Assembly (NCBI GenBank): GCA_016432285.1
Contig: CP066682.1
Coordinates: 666,274 to 730,273, forward strand
DNA from: Candidatus Kaiserbacteria bacterium
Lineage (GTDB): Bacteria; Patescibacteriota; Minisyncoccia; Phycocordibacterales; UBA2100
Direction of reading: 5' to 3'
Length of the DNA stretch: 64,000 bases
This document shows, piece after piece, positions 29,371 through 38,353 of the stretch; the stretch's first letter is position 1; each line of letters opens with the position of its first letter. The translations under genes and the position numbers were made by a program. The notes beneath the pieces are model-generated. The model worked only from the letters and a program-made list of their open reading frames with translations. It did not search any database and was not told the DNA's origin.

Positions 29371-29934
29371 ATGGAAATCTGGCACACGATCGCGGGCGAT
29401 ATTGAGAAAAAGACGGCGCAGGAGACGATCCAGTGGATCAACGGTGAGCTCTATTCGAAACCCATCACCCGTCTCCGCGTCTTGATCGCTTCCGGCGGGG
29501 GCGACATCGATGCGGGTGTCAATCTCCACATGTACCTGAAGGCACTCCCCTTCGACGTGGAAACCATCGGCTTTGGGAAAGTCGACGCCGCCGCGATTCC
29601 AATTTTCCTTGCGGGTACGCGCCGGCTCGCGGTGCGCGGCTGCCAATTCTTCTTCCACGAAGGGCGTTACTTCATCGAGGACCAAACCGCGCCGATCCAC
29701 GTGCACGAGGAAGCGGTATCGATCTTCAAGCGCAACCTGCACGACACGATCTACATCATCGCGCGCGAAACGGAGAACGACACCGAGGTGGTCGCAAAAA
29801 TGCTGCGCCGGAGCAAGATCATGAATGTGGACGAGGCGAAGGAGTTCGGCCTCTGCACCGAAGTGATCGACACGCTGCCTTTGCAACAGCAAGAGCAGTT
29901 TGGCTTCAAGTTCGGCGAAAAGCGACTGGTTTAA
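29371..29934 (+). CDS. ClpP/crotonase-fold protease-like protein, probably inactive
   Basis: IASGGGDI.AG, G.VDAAA..IFLAG..R, FFFH, EAKEFGL...VI. Confidence 0.8.
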   Translation: MEIWHTIAGDIEKKTAQETIQWINGELYSKPITRLRVLIASGGGDIDAGVNLHMYLKALPFDVETIGFGKVDAAAIPIFLAGTRRLAVRGCQFFFHEGRYFIEDQTAPIHVHEEAVSIFKRNLHDTIYIIARETENDTEVVAKMLRRSKIMNVDEAKEFGLCTEVIDTLPLQQQEQFGFKFGEKRLV

Positions 29935-30566
29935 GCGAGCAATGCCTCTTCGATGGCCTCCGACGAGATCACTCCCTCACGGAGAATGTACGGCTCCTCG
30001 GACCGCACATCGACCACGGTCGAGCGCAGGTCGGAAGAAAGTGTGCCTCCATCGATCGCGAGGTCGATCTTGGTCGCATCCTTGCCGAGATCTCGGAGTA
30101 CGCCTTGGAGCGCGGCGGCCGCAGGCTCACCGCTCTTATTGGCGCTTGTCGTCGTGAACGGTTTGCCGAAAGCGGCGGCAAGCTGGAGGCAGAAATCGTG
30201 TTTCGGGATCCGCACCCCGATCGTAGGAAGGTCGCGCGCGATGCCGCCTTCCACGTGCGGCTTTTTGGCGAGCACGAGCGTGAGCGCTCCTGGGAGAAAT
30301 CGATCCGCCAACTTTTTGGCCGCGGGCGTCATCTCCGCGTACGCCTCGATCATATGCATGTCTGCAAAAATGGCGTGAATCGGGCGACGCTCGTCGCGCT
30401 CCTTGATGGCGCACACAGCCGCAAAGCCGGCGTCGGAAAAGGCGTCGGCCCCGAGGCCGTAGAGCGTGTCGGTGGGATACACGATCACGCCGCCACGCCG
30501 GAGCACCTCCGCCGCCTTTTCTACACACGCCTCCAGTCCATCTTTCGCAATCGAGAGACGTTCCAT
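29931..30566 (-). CDS. tsaC: threonylcarbamoyl-AMP synthase (Sua5/YrdC)
   Basis: VYPTDTLYGLG, K.R, PGALT, IGVRIP, TTTSANKSG, STVVD. Confidence 0.93.
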   Translation of the reverse strand: MERLSIAKDGLEACVEKAAEVLRRGGVIVYPTDTLYGLGADAFSDAGFAAVCAIKERDERRPIHAIFADMHMIEAYAEMTPAAKKLADRFLPGALTLVLAKKPHVEGGIARDLPTIGVRIPKHDFCLQLAAAFGKPFTTTSANKSGEPAAAALQGVLRDLGKDATKIDLAIDGGTLSSDLRSTVVDVRSEEPYILREGVISSEAIEEALLA

Positions 30567-30711
30567 GGTGCGCGCTGAGGGGATCGGTCACGCGTACTTT
30601 GCTGCTGCAAAGTCGCGCGACCCCGCCTCGGCCCGTCGGCCTCCGGCTTTCAATCCCTTGCTCCCATTTGCTCCGCAAATGGATGCGCCGACCTGCGCTT
30701 GCATGTTCATA
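30565..30711 (-). repeat. tRNA-3'-anchored structured element, copy B
   Basis: Exact 22-bp duplicate of the tRNA-Val 3' end (30565-30586 = 30711-30732); internally homologous to copy A. Confidence 0.8.
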
Positions 30712-30786
30712 TGGTGCGCGCTGAGGGGATCGAACCCCCGACCCTCGTCACGTCAAGACGATGCTCTACCACTGAGCTAAGCGCGC
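30712..30786 (-). tRNA. tRNA-Val(GAC), CCA encoded
   Basis: GCGCGCTTAGCTCAGTGGTAGAGCA-TCGTC-TTGACGT-GACGA...GGGGGTTCGATCCCC-TCAGCGCGCACCA. Confidence 0.95.
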
Positions 30787-30896
30787 GTTACCTGTTTTCA
30801 AACGAACTCTGCGCGATTGGCGCCGGTAAACCGCATCATCCACCGGAGCTGAGCGCAGCGGCGAAAGTATAACAAAGTTGCTCCCGCTCTGGTAGT

Positions 30897-32675
30897 TTAG
30901 GCATCCTTCAAAAATCCGCCCGCCTGACGCTCCCAGAGGGCGGCGTACTGCCCGCCTTTGTGGAGGAGCTCGTCGTGCGTGCCGTCTTCAATCACGGCCC
31001 CGCGCTCGAGCACGATGATGCGATCCATCTCGCGGAGCGTGGAGAGCCGGTGCGCGATTGCGATCACGGTCTTCCCTTTCATGAGCGCGTGCAAAGCCGC
31101 CTGGATCGCGCCCTCGCTCTCGCTGTCGAGTGCGGAAGTGGCTTCGTCGAGGAGGAGGATCGGCGAGTTTTTCAAAATGGCGCGCGCGATCGCGATGCGC
31201 TGACGCTCTCCCCCGGAGAGCTTCACGCCGCGCTCCCCCACGAGCGATTCGTATCCGCTCGCGAGCCGCTTCACGAACTCGTCTGCATGCGCGCGTTTCG
31301 CGGCTTCGACGATCTCCTCGGCCGTGGCCTGCGGTTTGCCGTAGGCGATGTTCTCGCGGACAGTGCGGTGAAAAAGGAGCGGCTCCTGCGGTACCACCGC
31401 AATCGAGGCGCGCAAGCTCTCCTGCGTCACACCCGCGATATCGACCCCGTCGATCTTGATCGTGCCCGAATCGAGATCGTGGTGCCGCAGCAAAAGGCGC
31501 ATGAGCGTCGATTTGCCCGCGCCACTGCGACCCACGAGCCCCACGCGCTGCCCCGCGGGAATGGTGAGCGAAAGATCCGGGAACACCTTCATCGCACCGT
31601 ACGAGAAGACGAGGTTTTCGAGCGCGATTTCGCCGCGCTGCACCGCAAGCGGTTTGGCGCCCGGTCGGTCTGGAATGTCATGCGGCGCGACGATCTCCTG
31701 AAGACTCTCCTGTATCTCTCCCCAGGTTTCGGCGAAAGAGTTGAGCTGCGACCCGATCGACTGGAAGAGGCGCTCGATCGAGAAGATGATCGTGATGACG
31801 AGCACCACATCGCCCGGGCTGATCGCCCCCGTCTGCGCGAATCGCACCGCTGCGTAGACCATGGCGCTGCCGAAGATCACCTGCAAGACATTGTTGAGCG
31901 CGAGCATCCGCTCGCCGAAGTGCCAGTTACGAAGACCCGCCTTGCGGCGCTCGTCGATCGCTGCTTTGAGGCGGTCGATCTCGAACCGCCGGCGCGCGTA
32001 CTCCTGCATCGTCGAGATGTTGGTCATGAGGTCGACCGTCGAGCCGTTGAGGCCGGTTTCGAGCTGCTGGGAGCGCGCCGCGATCGGCACACGCTTTTGG
32101 ACGAGATACACGTTGAGGGCTGCCACCGCTAAGAGCCACGCGAGAAAAATGCCCGCGAGCGTGGCGCTCGCGGTGAAGGCGATGATGAAGCTCGCGATGG
32201 AGGCGACGAGAAATTCCATGAGCTGCCACAGAATCTGCTCCACCATGTGCAGCATCCCGTTGGCCGCGTGTGTGATCTTGTTGCCAAGAGAGCCCGCGAA
32301 GCGGTCGGAAAAGTACGAACGGCTGTGAAGCGTTACGTAGCTCGTGAGTGCGTGGCGGGCCGTCGCGCGCGCGCCGGTGGCCCAGTACGATCCGAGAAAT
32401 CCGCTCACCCGCCAGATCCCCTTTGCCGCCGCGAGGGCGAGGATGTACGCGACGCACGCGTAGATGAGTGGTTCGTACGGACCACCGTACGGCAGCCCTG
32501 CGGCCGCGTTGGCGATGAGCTTGAAGATGTAGGGCGTGCTCGAATAGAGCGCGCCCGCCACGAGCACGGCGAGCGTGGCAGGAATCGCGAAGCGTATGTG
32601 CGGGCGCGAGGCGAAGAGGAAAAACTTAAAGGGGTTGGTCCCTTCGGGGTAGTCGTTGCGCCAGTTGGTGGTCAT
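30897..32675 (-). CDS. ABC transporter, fused permease/ATP-binding (exporter type)
   Basis: N-terminal TMD, GRSGAGKS, LSGGERQR, LLLDEATSALD, IAHRLST. Confidence 0.95.
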   Translation of the reverse strand: MTTNWRNDYPEGTNPFKFFLFASRPHIRFAIPATLAVLVAGALYSSTPYIFKLIANAAAGLPYGGPYEPLIYACVAYILALAAAKGIWRVSGFLGSYWATGARATARHALTSYVTLHSRSYFSDRFAGSLGNKITHAANGMLHMVEQILWQLMEFLVASIASFIIAFTASATLAGIFLAWLLAVAALNVYLVQKRVPIAARSQQLETGLNGSTVDLMTNISTMQEYARRRFEIDRLKAAIDERRKAGLRNWHFGERMLALNNVLQVIFGSAMVYAAVRFAQTGAISPGDVVLVITIIFSIERLFQSIGSQLNSFAETWGEIQESLQEIVAPHDIPDRPGAKPLAVQRGEIALENLVFSYGAMKVFPDLSLTIPAGQRVGLVGRSGAGKSTLMRLLLRHHDLDSGTIKIDGVDIAGVTQESLRASIAVVPQEPLLFHRTVRENIAYGKPQATAEEIVEAAKRAHADEFVKRLASGYESLVGERGVKLSGGERQRIAIARAILKNSPILLLDEATSALDSESEGAIQAALHALMKGKTVIAIAHRLSTLREMDRIIVLERGAVIEDGTHDELLHKGGQYAALWERQAGGFLKDA

Positions 32676-32731
32676 AGGTGTAAGACGGATCGGAATGGCT
32701 CTCTCTACTGTATTGATATATAACGGATCAT

Positions 32732-33910
32732 ATGAAAATCCTAGGTATCGAAACGAGCTGCGACGAGACGGCTGTGTGCCTTATTGAGGGCACGGGCGAC
32801 TTCGGGCCCGATTTCAATTTCAAGATCCTCGGCAATGCGCTCGCCTCGCAGGCGCAATTCCACGCGCAGTTCGGCGGCGTCTTCCCCGCGATGGCCAAGC
32901 GCGAGCACTCGAAAAATATCGTGCCGCTTCTCAAAGACGTATTCGAGCAATGCGGCATCGCACCGACTCCAAGGACTCCCCTCGGAGCGCCCCGAGGTCT
33001 GTCCTTGGAAACAGTCCTTGAGCGGGAGCCGGAGCTCTTGAGGCAGCTTGTTCCCCTCCTCGAGACGCACGGTCGGCCTGATGTTGACGCGATCGCCGTG
33101 ACCGTCGGTCCAGGCCTCGAGCCCTGCCTCTGGGTCGGTGTCAATTTCGCGCGCGCCCTTTCATTGGTATGGAATGTCCCCGTCGTTGCGGTCAACCACA
33201 TGGAAGGCCATATCGTGATGTCGCTCATGCGCCTCGAGAAAGATTCGGGCAGCATGCAGAAATTCGAATTCCCGGTGCTCGCGCTCCTCATTTCGGGCGG
33301 ACATACCGAGCTCATACTCATGCGTGATTTTGGCTCGTACGAATACCTCGGTCGCACGCGCGACGATGCCGCAGGCGAAGCATTCGACAAAACCGCTCGC
33401 CTCATCGGTCTTCCCTACCCCGGAGGGCCGGAGATCGCGCGCCGCGCAAGCGCGGCGCGCGCAGCTGGCGAAGTCTCCGACGCGCACCTTCCTCGTCCCA
33501 TGATCAAGGAGGACAATTTCGACTTCTCCTTCTCCGGCCTCAAAACCGCCGTGCTGCGCGCGACGGAAGGAAAGACACTTTCCGAGACTGAAGTGAGAAA
33601 AATTTCCCGCGAGATCGAAGAGTCGATCGCCGATGTGCTCGTGGAAAAGACGATCCGCGCTGCATCCGCATACGGGGCCAACACGATCGTGCTCGGCGGC
33701 GGCGTGTCGGCCAACACCTACATCCGCGAGCGCTTCGCCGATCGCATGTCGAACGAAGCAAACGCCAGCTATCTCCTCTCCTCGCCCCCCGGGTACTCCA
33801 CCGATAACGCGCTCATGATCGCGCTCCCCGGCTACTTCCGCGCGCAGCGCAGAGAGTTTTCCCACGTATCCGATCTTATTGCCAACGGCAACCTTCGGCT
33901 CACGATTTAA
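32732..33910 (+). CDS. tsaD: tRNA N6-adenosine threonylcarbamoyltransferase
   Basis: LGIETSCDET, GPGL, VNHMEGH, ISGGHT, DDAAGEAFDK, FSFSGLKT, TDNALMI. Confidence 0.96.
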   Translation: MKILGIETSCDETAVCLIEGTGDFGPDFNFKILGNALASQAQFHAQFGGVFPAMAKREHSKNIVPLLKDVFEQCGIAPTPRTPLGAPRGLSLETVLEREPELLRQLVPLLETHGRPDVDAIAVTVGPGLEPCLWVGVNFARALSLVWNVPVVAVNHMEGHIVMSLMRLEKDSGSMQKFEFPVLALLISGGHTELILMRDFGSYEYLGRTRDDAAGEAFDKTARLIGLPYPGGPEIARRASAARAAGEVSDAHLPRPMIKEDNFDFSFSGLKTAVLRATEGKTLSETEVRKISREIEESIADVLVEKTIRAASAYGANTIVLGGGVSANTYIRERFADRMSNEANASYLLSSPPGYSTDNALMIALPGYFRAQRREFSHVSDLIANGNLRLTI

Positions 33911-34191
33911 AATGTCCCGGCTCCGTGCGTTACGGCCCCAAACACCACGAGTACATTCACCAGAAGCCAGAGAGAGTAAGCGACCGTAATCTGCCTGTCG
34001 CGATGGACCACGCCGTAGAGGATCCACGGGAGGTCAAGGAGCGCGGGAATGAGCCAGGAAAGTACGGAAACTCCCGTGGCATCGTTCAGAATGTAGATTT
34101 TGAGTATCTGTGGAAGTGCGGTCAAGGGGCCGACGATGCCGACAAAAAGGACGAGCCTATCAAGAATTCGGATCCAGTAGGCGCTCCGCAT
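33907..34191 (-). CDS. SemiSWEET / PQ-loop family protein
   Basis: ALPQILKIY...ATGVS..SW, WILYG; 3 TM. Confidence 0.8.
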   Translation of the reverse strand: MRSAYWIRILDRLVLFVGIVGPLTALPQILKIYILNDATGVSVLSWLIPALLDLPWILYGVVHRDRQITVAYSLWLLVNVLVVFGAVTHGAGTF

Positions 34192-34223
34192 CCGAATAAG
34201 TATATCGTGCTATCATCGGCGCC

Positions 34224-36422
34224 ATGGAAGAACTTTCGAAGGCACCGAAAGCATTTCTAAAACCCTACAATCCGGCGGAGTACGAGCCCGAAATGCTCGA
34301 CGCCTGGGAAAAGAGCGGCTACGCCAACCCCGACGTCTGCGTCGAAAAGGGCGTCACGAAGAAAGACGCTCCCACCTACTCGATCGTCCTCCCCCCGCCA
34401 AATGTGACGGGCACCTTGCACATGGGACACGCGGCGATGCTCGCGATCGAGGACATCCTGATCCGCTACCACCGCATGCGCGGCTTCCGCACGCTCTGGC
34501 TCCCAGGCACCGACAGCGCGGCGATCGCGACACAGTCCAAGGTAGAAGCGGACATCTATAAGAAAGAAAAGAAAACGAGGCACGACCTCGGTCGAGAGGA
34601 GCTGATGCGTCGCATCGACGCCTTCGTCGAGGAGAGCAAAGCTACGATCATCAACCAAACAAAAAAAATGGGCTCGAGCCTCGACTGGAGCCGCTACGCC
34701 TACACCATGGACGAGAAACGCTACGCCGCTGTCATGGAGGCGTTCGTGCGCATGTACGACGCTGGCCTCATCTACCGGGGGGACCGGATCGTCAACTGGG
34801 ATCCGAAATCGCAGACCACGGTGGCCGACGACGAGATCGAGTACGTGGAGCAAAAAGACCCCTTCTATCACTTTCAGTACGGCCCCTTCGTGATCGCGAC
34901 GGTGCGTCCGGAGACCAAATTTGGCGACAAGTGGGTCGTGATGCACCCGGACGACGAGCGATACGCGCAGTATGCGCACGGGCAGCAGCTCGAGCTCGAA
35001 TGGATCAACGGCCCCATCACGGCGACGATCATCAAAGATCCGAGTATCGATATGTCGTTCGGCTCGGGCGCCATGACGATCACGCCCGCGCACGATGCGC
35101 ACGACTTCGAGATCGCCAAAAAGTACGGCCTCGAAATCGCGCCGGTGATCGACGAGCGCGGGATACTCCTCCCAATTGCCGGCGAGTTTGCGGGCCAGCA
35201 CATCAAAAAAGCGCGGGCAGCCGTGGTCGAGAAATTGAAAAGTAAGGGCCTCGTGGTGCAGGTGGACGAACAGTACATGCACAACGTGGCCACCAACTAC
35301 CGCGGCGGCGGTGTGATCGAGCCGCAGATCAAGAAGCAGTGGTTTATCGACGTCAACAAGAGCGCGCAATTCCCCGACGGCAAGACGCGCACGCTGAAAG
35401 AGTGGATGCGCGAGGCGGTGCAGTCGGGTGCGACGAAGATCATGCCCGAGCGCTTCGAAAAGATTTATTACCACTGGATCGACAACCTCCGCGACTGGAA
35501 CATCTCTCGGCAAATCTGGTTTGGCCACCGCATTCCCGCGTGGTTCCGGGGCGAGGAGATCAAAGTCCAAATCGATCCGCCAGCTGATGGAGCCGCCGCA
35601 GGCTGGGAGCAAGACCCGGACGTGCTCGACACGTGGTTCTCCTCGGGCTTGTGGACCTTCTCCACCTTGGGATGGCCCGAAGATACCGAGGATCTCAAAA
35701 TCTACCATCCGACTGCCGTGCTCGAAACGGGGTACGACATTCTCTTTTTCTGGGTCGCCCGCATGATCTTGATGAGCGGATTCTTGCGTGGCGAGGTCCC
35801 CTTCAAGAGCGTGTACCTGCACGGCCTCGTGCGCGACGGGAAGGGCCGCAAGATGTCGAAATCGCTCGGCAACATCATCGATCCCCTCACCATGATCGAA
35901 AAGTACGGCGCCGACGCCGCGCGCCTCTCTCTTGTCATCGGCGCGCAGATGGGCAACGACGTGAAGCTCTCCGAGGATCGCGTGCGCGGCTACAAGCACT
36001 TTGCCAACAAAGTATGGAACATCGCCCGCTTCGTACTCGAGAATTACGATGCGAAAAAAAATGGACATTCGATGTCCATACTTCCTTCGGATCAAAAACT
36101 GGTAGACGAGGCGATGATCGTGGCCAAGGAGGTGTCGGACAACATCGATAAGTTCCGCCTCGATCTCGCGGCTGATCAGGTGTACCACTTCGTGTGGGAT
36201 CGTTTTGCCGCAGAAATACTCGAAGAATCGAAGCCGATCTTGAAGGGCGTGGACGAAGCTGCCAAAGCTTCGCGAGCCGTGGCGCTCCACCAAATACTCG
36301 TGATCTCGCTGAAGCTCCTCCACCCCTTTATGCCGTTTGTGACGGAGCGCATCTGGAAGGAGCTTCCACAGAAGGACGCCGATCTTCTCATGGTCGCTCC
36401 GTGGCCGAGTACAATTGGCTAA
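34224..36422 (+). CDS. valS: valine--tRNA ligase (short form, no C-terminal coiled coil)
   Basis: PPPNVTGTLHMGH, DWNISRQIWFGH, DTWFSS, GYDILFFW, KMSKS. Confidence 0.96.
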   Translation: MEELSKAPKAFLKPYNPAEYEPEMLDAWEKSGYANPDVCVEKGVTKKDAPTYSIVLPPPNVTGTLHMGHAAMLAIEDILIRYHRMRGFRTLWLPGTDSAAIATQSKVEADIYKKEKKTRHDLGREELMRRIDAFVEESKATIINQTKKMGSSLDWSRYAYTMDEKRYAAVMEAFVRMYDAGLIYRGDRIVNWDPKSQTTVADDEIEYVEQKDPFYHFQYGPFVIATVRPETKFGDKWVVMHPDDERYAQYAHGQQLELEWINGPITATIIKDPSIDMSFGSGAMTITPAHDAHDFEIAKKYGLEIAPVIDERGILLPIAGEFAGQHIKKARAAVVEKLKSKGLVVQVDEQYMHNVATNYRGGGVIEPQIKKQWFIDVNKSAQFPDGKTRTLKEWMREAVQSGATKIMPERFEKIYYHWIDNLRDWNISRQIWFGHRIPAWFRGEEIKVQIDPPADGAAAGWEQDPDVLDTWFSSGLWTFSTLGWPEDTEDLKIYHPTAVLETGYDILFFWVARMILMSGFLRGEVPFKSVYLHGLVRDGKGRKMSKSLGNIIDPLTMIEKYGADAARLSLVIGAQMGNDVKLSEDRVRGYKHFANKVWNIARFVLENYDAKKNGHSMSILPSDQKLVDEAMIVAKEVSDNIDKFRLDLAADQVYHFVWDRFAAEILEESKPILKGVDEAAKASRAVALHQILVISLKLLHPFMPFVTERIWKELPQKDADLLMVAPWPSTIG

Positions 36423-37124
36423 ATGGACTACGGGCCAATTTTGGGAGCGCTCGCCGGGGGGTTTTTCCCAGCTCTTGCCTGGCTGTGGTTTTGGCGGCGC
36501 GAAGACGCGCCGCACCCGGAGCCGCGTCGGCTCATCGCCCTCGCCTTTCTGGCGGGCATGGTAACGGTCGCAGTAGTGATTCCCATCCAGAAGGCCGTCG
36601 TGCCCTTCCTCGCGACGCAGACGCTCGTCTTTACCGCGTGGTCGGCGATCGAGGAGATCATGAAGTACGTGGCGGCCTACGTCACCGTGCTCTGGCGCCA
36701 CGACGATGACGAGCCGATCGATCCGGTGATCTACATGGTAACGGTGGCGCTCGGCTTTGCGGCGGCCGAAAATACGCTCTTTCTGCTCTCGCCACTCTCG
36801 GGAGATTCGGTTATCCAGACGGTCATGACAGGCAATCTCCGTTTTGTGGGGGCCACGCTCCTTCACGTGCTCTCGTCGGCCGTAATCGGCGTGGCGCTTG
36901 CCCTCTCCTTCTACCGGGGAAAGCGCTCGAGGCACGTGTACGCCCTCGTCGGAGTTATCCTCGCCTCCGCTTTGCACGCGCTTTTCAACTTCCTTATACT
37001 GAATACGGCCGAGGAGCATCTCCTGCGGACCTTCGGGCTCGTCTGGCTGGGGCTCATTGCACTTCTCGCCATGCTCGAGTACATCAAACGCATCCACCCC
37101 GCGATCAAACGAAAATTTTCATAG
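36423..37124 (+). CDS. prsW: PrsW family intramembrane metalloprotease
   Basis: EP, EEIMK, GFAAAEN, H...S, LHALFN motifs. Confidence 0.9.
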   Translation: MDYGPILGALAGGFFPALAWLWFWRREDAPHPEPRRLIALAFLAGMVTVAVVIPIQKAVVPFLATQTLVFTAWSAIEEIMKYVAAYVTVLWRHDDDEPIDPVIYMVTVALGFAAAENTLFLLSPLSGDSVIQTVMTGNLRFVGATLLHVLSSAVIGVALALSFYRGKRSRHVYALVGVILASALHALFNFLILNTAEEHLLRTFGLVWLGLIALLAMLEYIKRIHPAIKRKFS

Positions 37125-37125
37125 C

Positions 37126-37611
37126 ATGAAAGGCTTCTTCTCAAGAATCACCGGCCAGAGCGACGACTACGATTATTTCGACGACCCCAAGGCCACGCGC
37201 GCCGTCTTTGAAGGCGAAGGCGAGGAGCGGCACGCGCACATCACCCCGCGCGACGAAAACGCCTGGCAGGGCGAAGAGCCGGCGGGCGAGCTTGCCGTTG
37301 ACGTGTACCAGACACCCGACGCGATCGTGGTGAAAGCGCTCGTCGCAGGCGTGCACCCCGCCACTATCGACATTTCCCTCTCGCGCGAAATGCTCACGAT
37401 CAGCGGATCTCGCTCCGACGAGCGCGAAGTCGACGAAGAGCATTACTTCCAGCGCGAGCTCTACTGGGGCTCCTTCTCACGCACGATACTCCTCCCGGAA
37501 GAAGTCGACGTGGATATGGCCGAAGCCTCGGAGCGGCACGGCATCCTGATGATCCGTCTTCCGAAGATCAACAAAAAGAAGCAGACAAAATTGAAGGTGC
37601 GCAGCAGATAG
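37126..37611 (+). CDS. Hsp20/alpha-crystallin small heat-shock protein
   Basis: GELAVDVYQT, LTISG.R, ELYWGSFSRTILLP, GIL.IRLPK. Confidence 0.92.
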   Translation: MKGFFSRITGQSDDYDYFDDPKATRAVFEGEGEERHAHITPRDENAWQGEEPAGELAVDVYQTPDAIVVKALVAGVHPATIDISLSREMLTISGSRSDEREVDEEHYFQRELYWGSFSRTILLPEEVDVDMAEASERHGILMIRLPKINKKKQTKLKVRSR

Positions 37612-37627
37612 CGTATACTTCGCTCCT

Positions 37628-38353
37628 ATGCCCGAACAAAATTCATCGAGCTCGCTCGACGTATTACAAAAGTTTTCCATTCCGCTCGCGATCGTGCTCG
37701 CGGGCGCCTTTATCGCGGGTGCCGTGTACCTCTCCGGCGGCACGCTGCCAGCAAGTGGCCAGAACCCCCCGTCAGTCAATATCAAAGACGTGAAGATCAC
37801 GGCCACCACCCCCGTCCTCGGCGACAAGAGTGCACCGGCTACGCTCGCTTACTGGTTTGATTACCAGTGCCCGTTCTGCAAAGCCGTCGACGTGGGCGGC
37901 GTGCCGGGCATCAACGTCGAGCCTTCCATGCCAATCCTCGTCGACGAGTACGTGAATACCGGCAAGCTCCGCATCGTCTTCAAAGACTATGCTTTCTTGG
38001 GGCCCGACTCGACCACCGCCGCGCTCTACAAACACGCGGTCTGGGAGAAGTACCCTGACCGCTTCTACGAATGGCACGAGGCGATGTACAAGGCGCAAGA
38101 CGAAGAGAACGGCGGCTTTGGCGACGAGGAATCAATCCTCACACTCATTCGCTCGCTCGGACTCGACGCGAATGCTCTCAAGGCGCTCGTTGACGCAAAG
38201 CGCGACGAATACCTGAAGCTCATCCAAGACGACATCGCGGAAGGCGCGGGCTTTGGCATCAACGGCACCCCAGGCTTCATCACGGGCACGACGCTGATTC
38301 CAGGAGCCGAACAACCTGCAACCTTCAGAGCAGTGATCGACGCGCAGCTCTAG
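37628..38353 (+). CDS. DsbA-like thioredoxin-fold protein
   Basis: N-terminal TM, DYQCPFC, GINGTPGF. Confidence 0.9.
   Translation: MPEQNSSSSLDVLQKFSIPLAIVLAGAFIAGAVYLSGGTLPASGQNPPSVNIKDVKITATTPVLGDKSAPATLAYWFDYQCPFCKAVDVGGVPGINVEPSMPILVDEYVNTGKLRIVFKDYAFLGPDSTTAALYKHAVWEKYPDRFYEWHEAMYKAQDEENGGFGDEESILTLIRSLGLDANALKALVDAKRDEYLKLIQDDIAEGAGFGINGTPGFITGTTLIPGAEQPATFRAVIDAQL

Noticed and set aside
34257-37097. 946-aa minus-strand ORF
   Set aside because: Antisense to valS and prsW; shadow ORF
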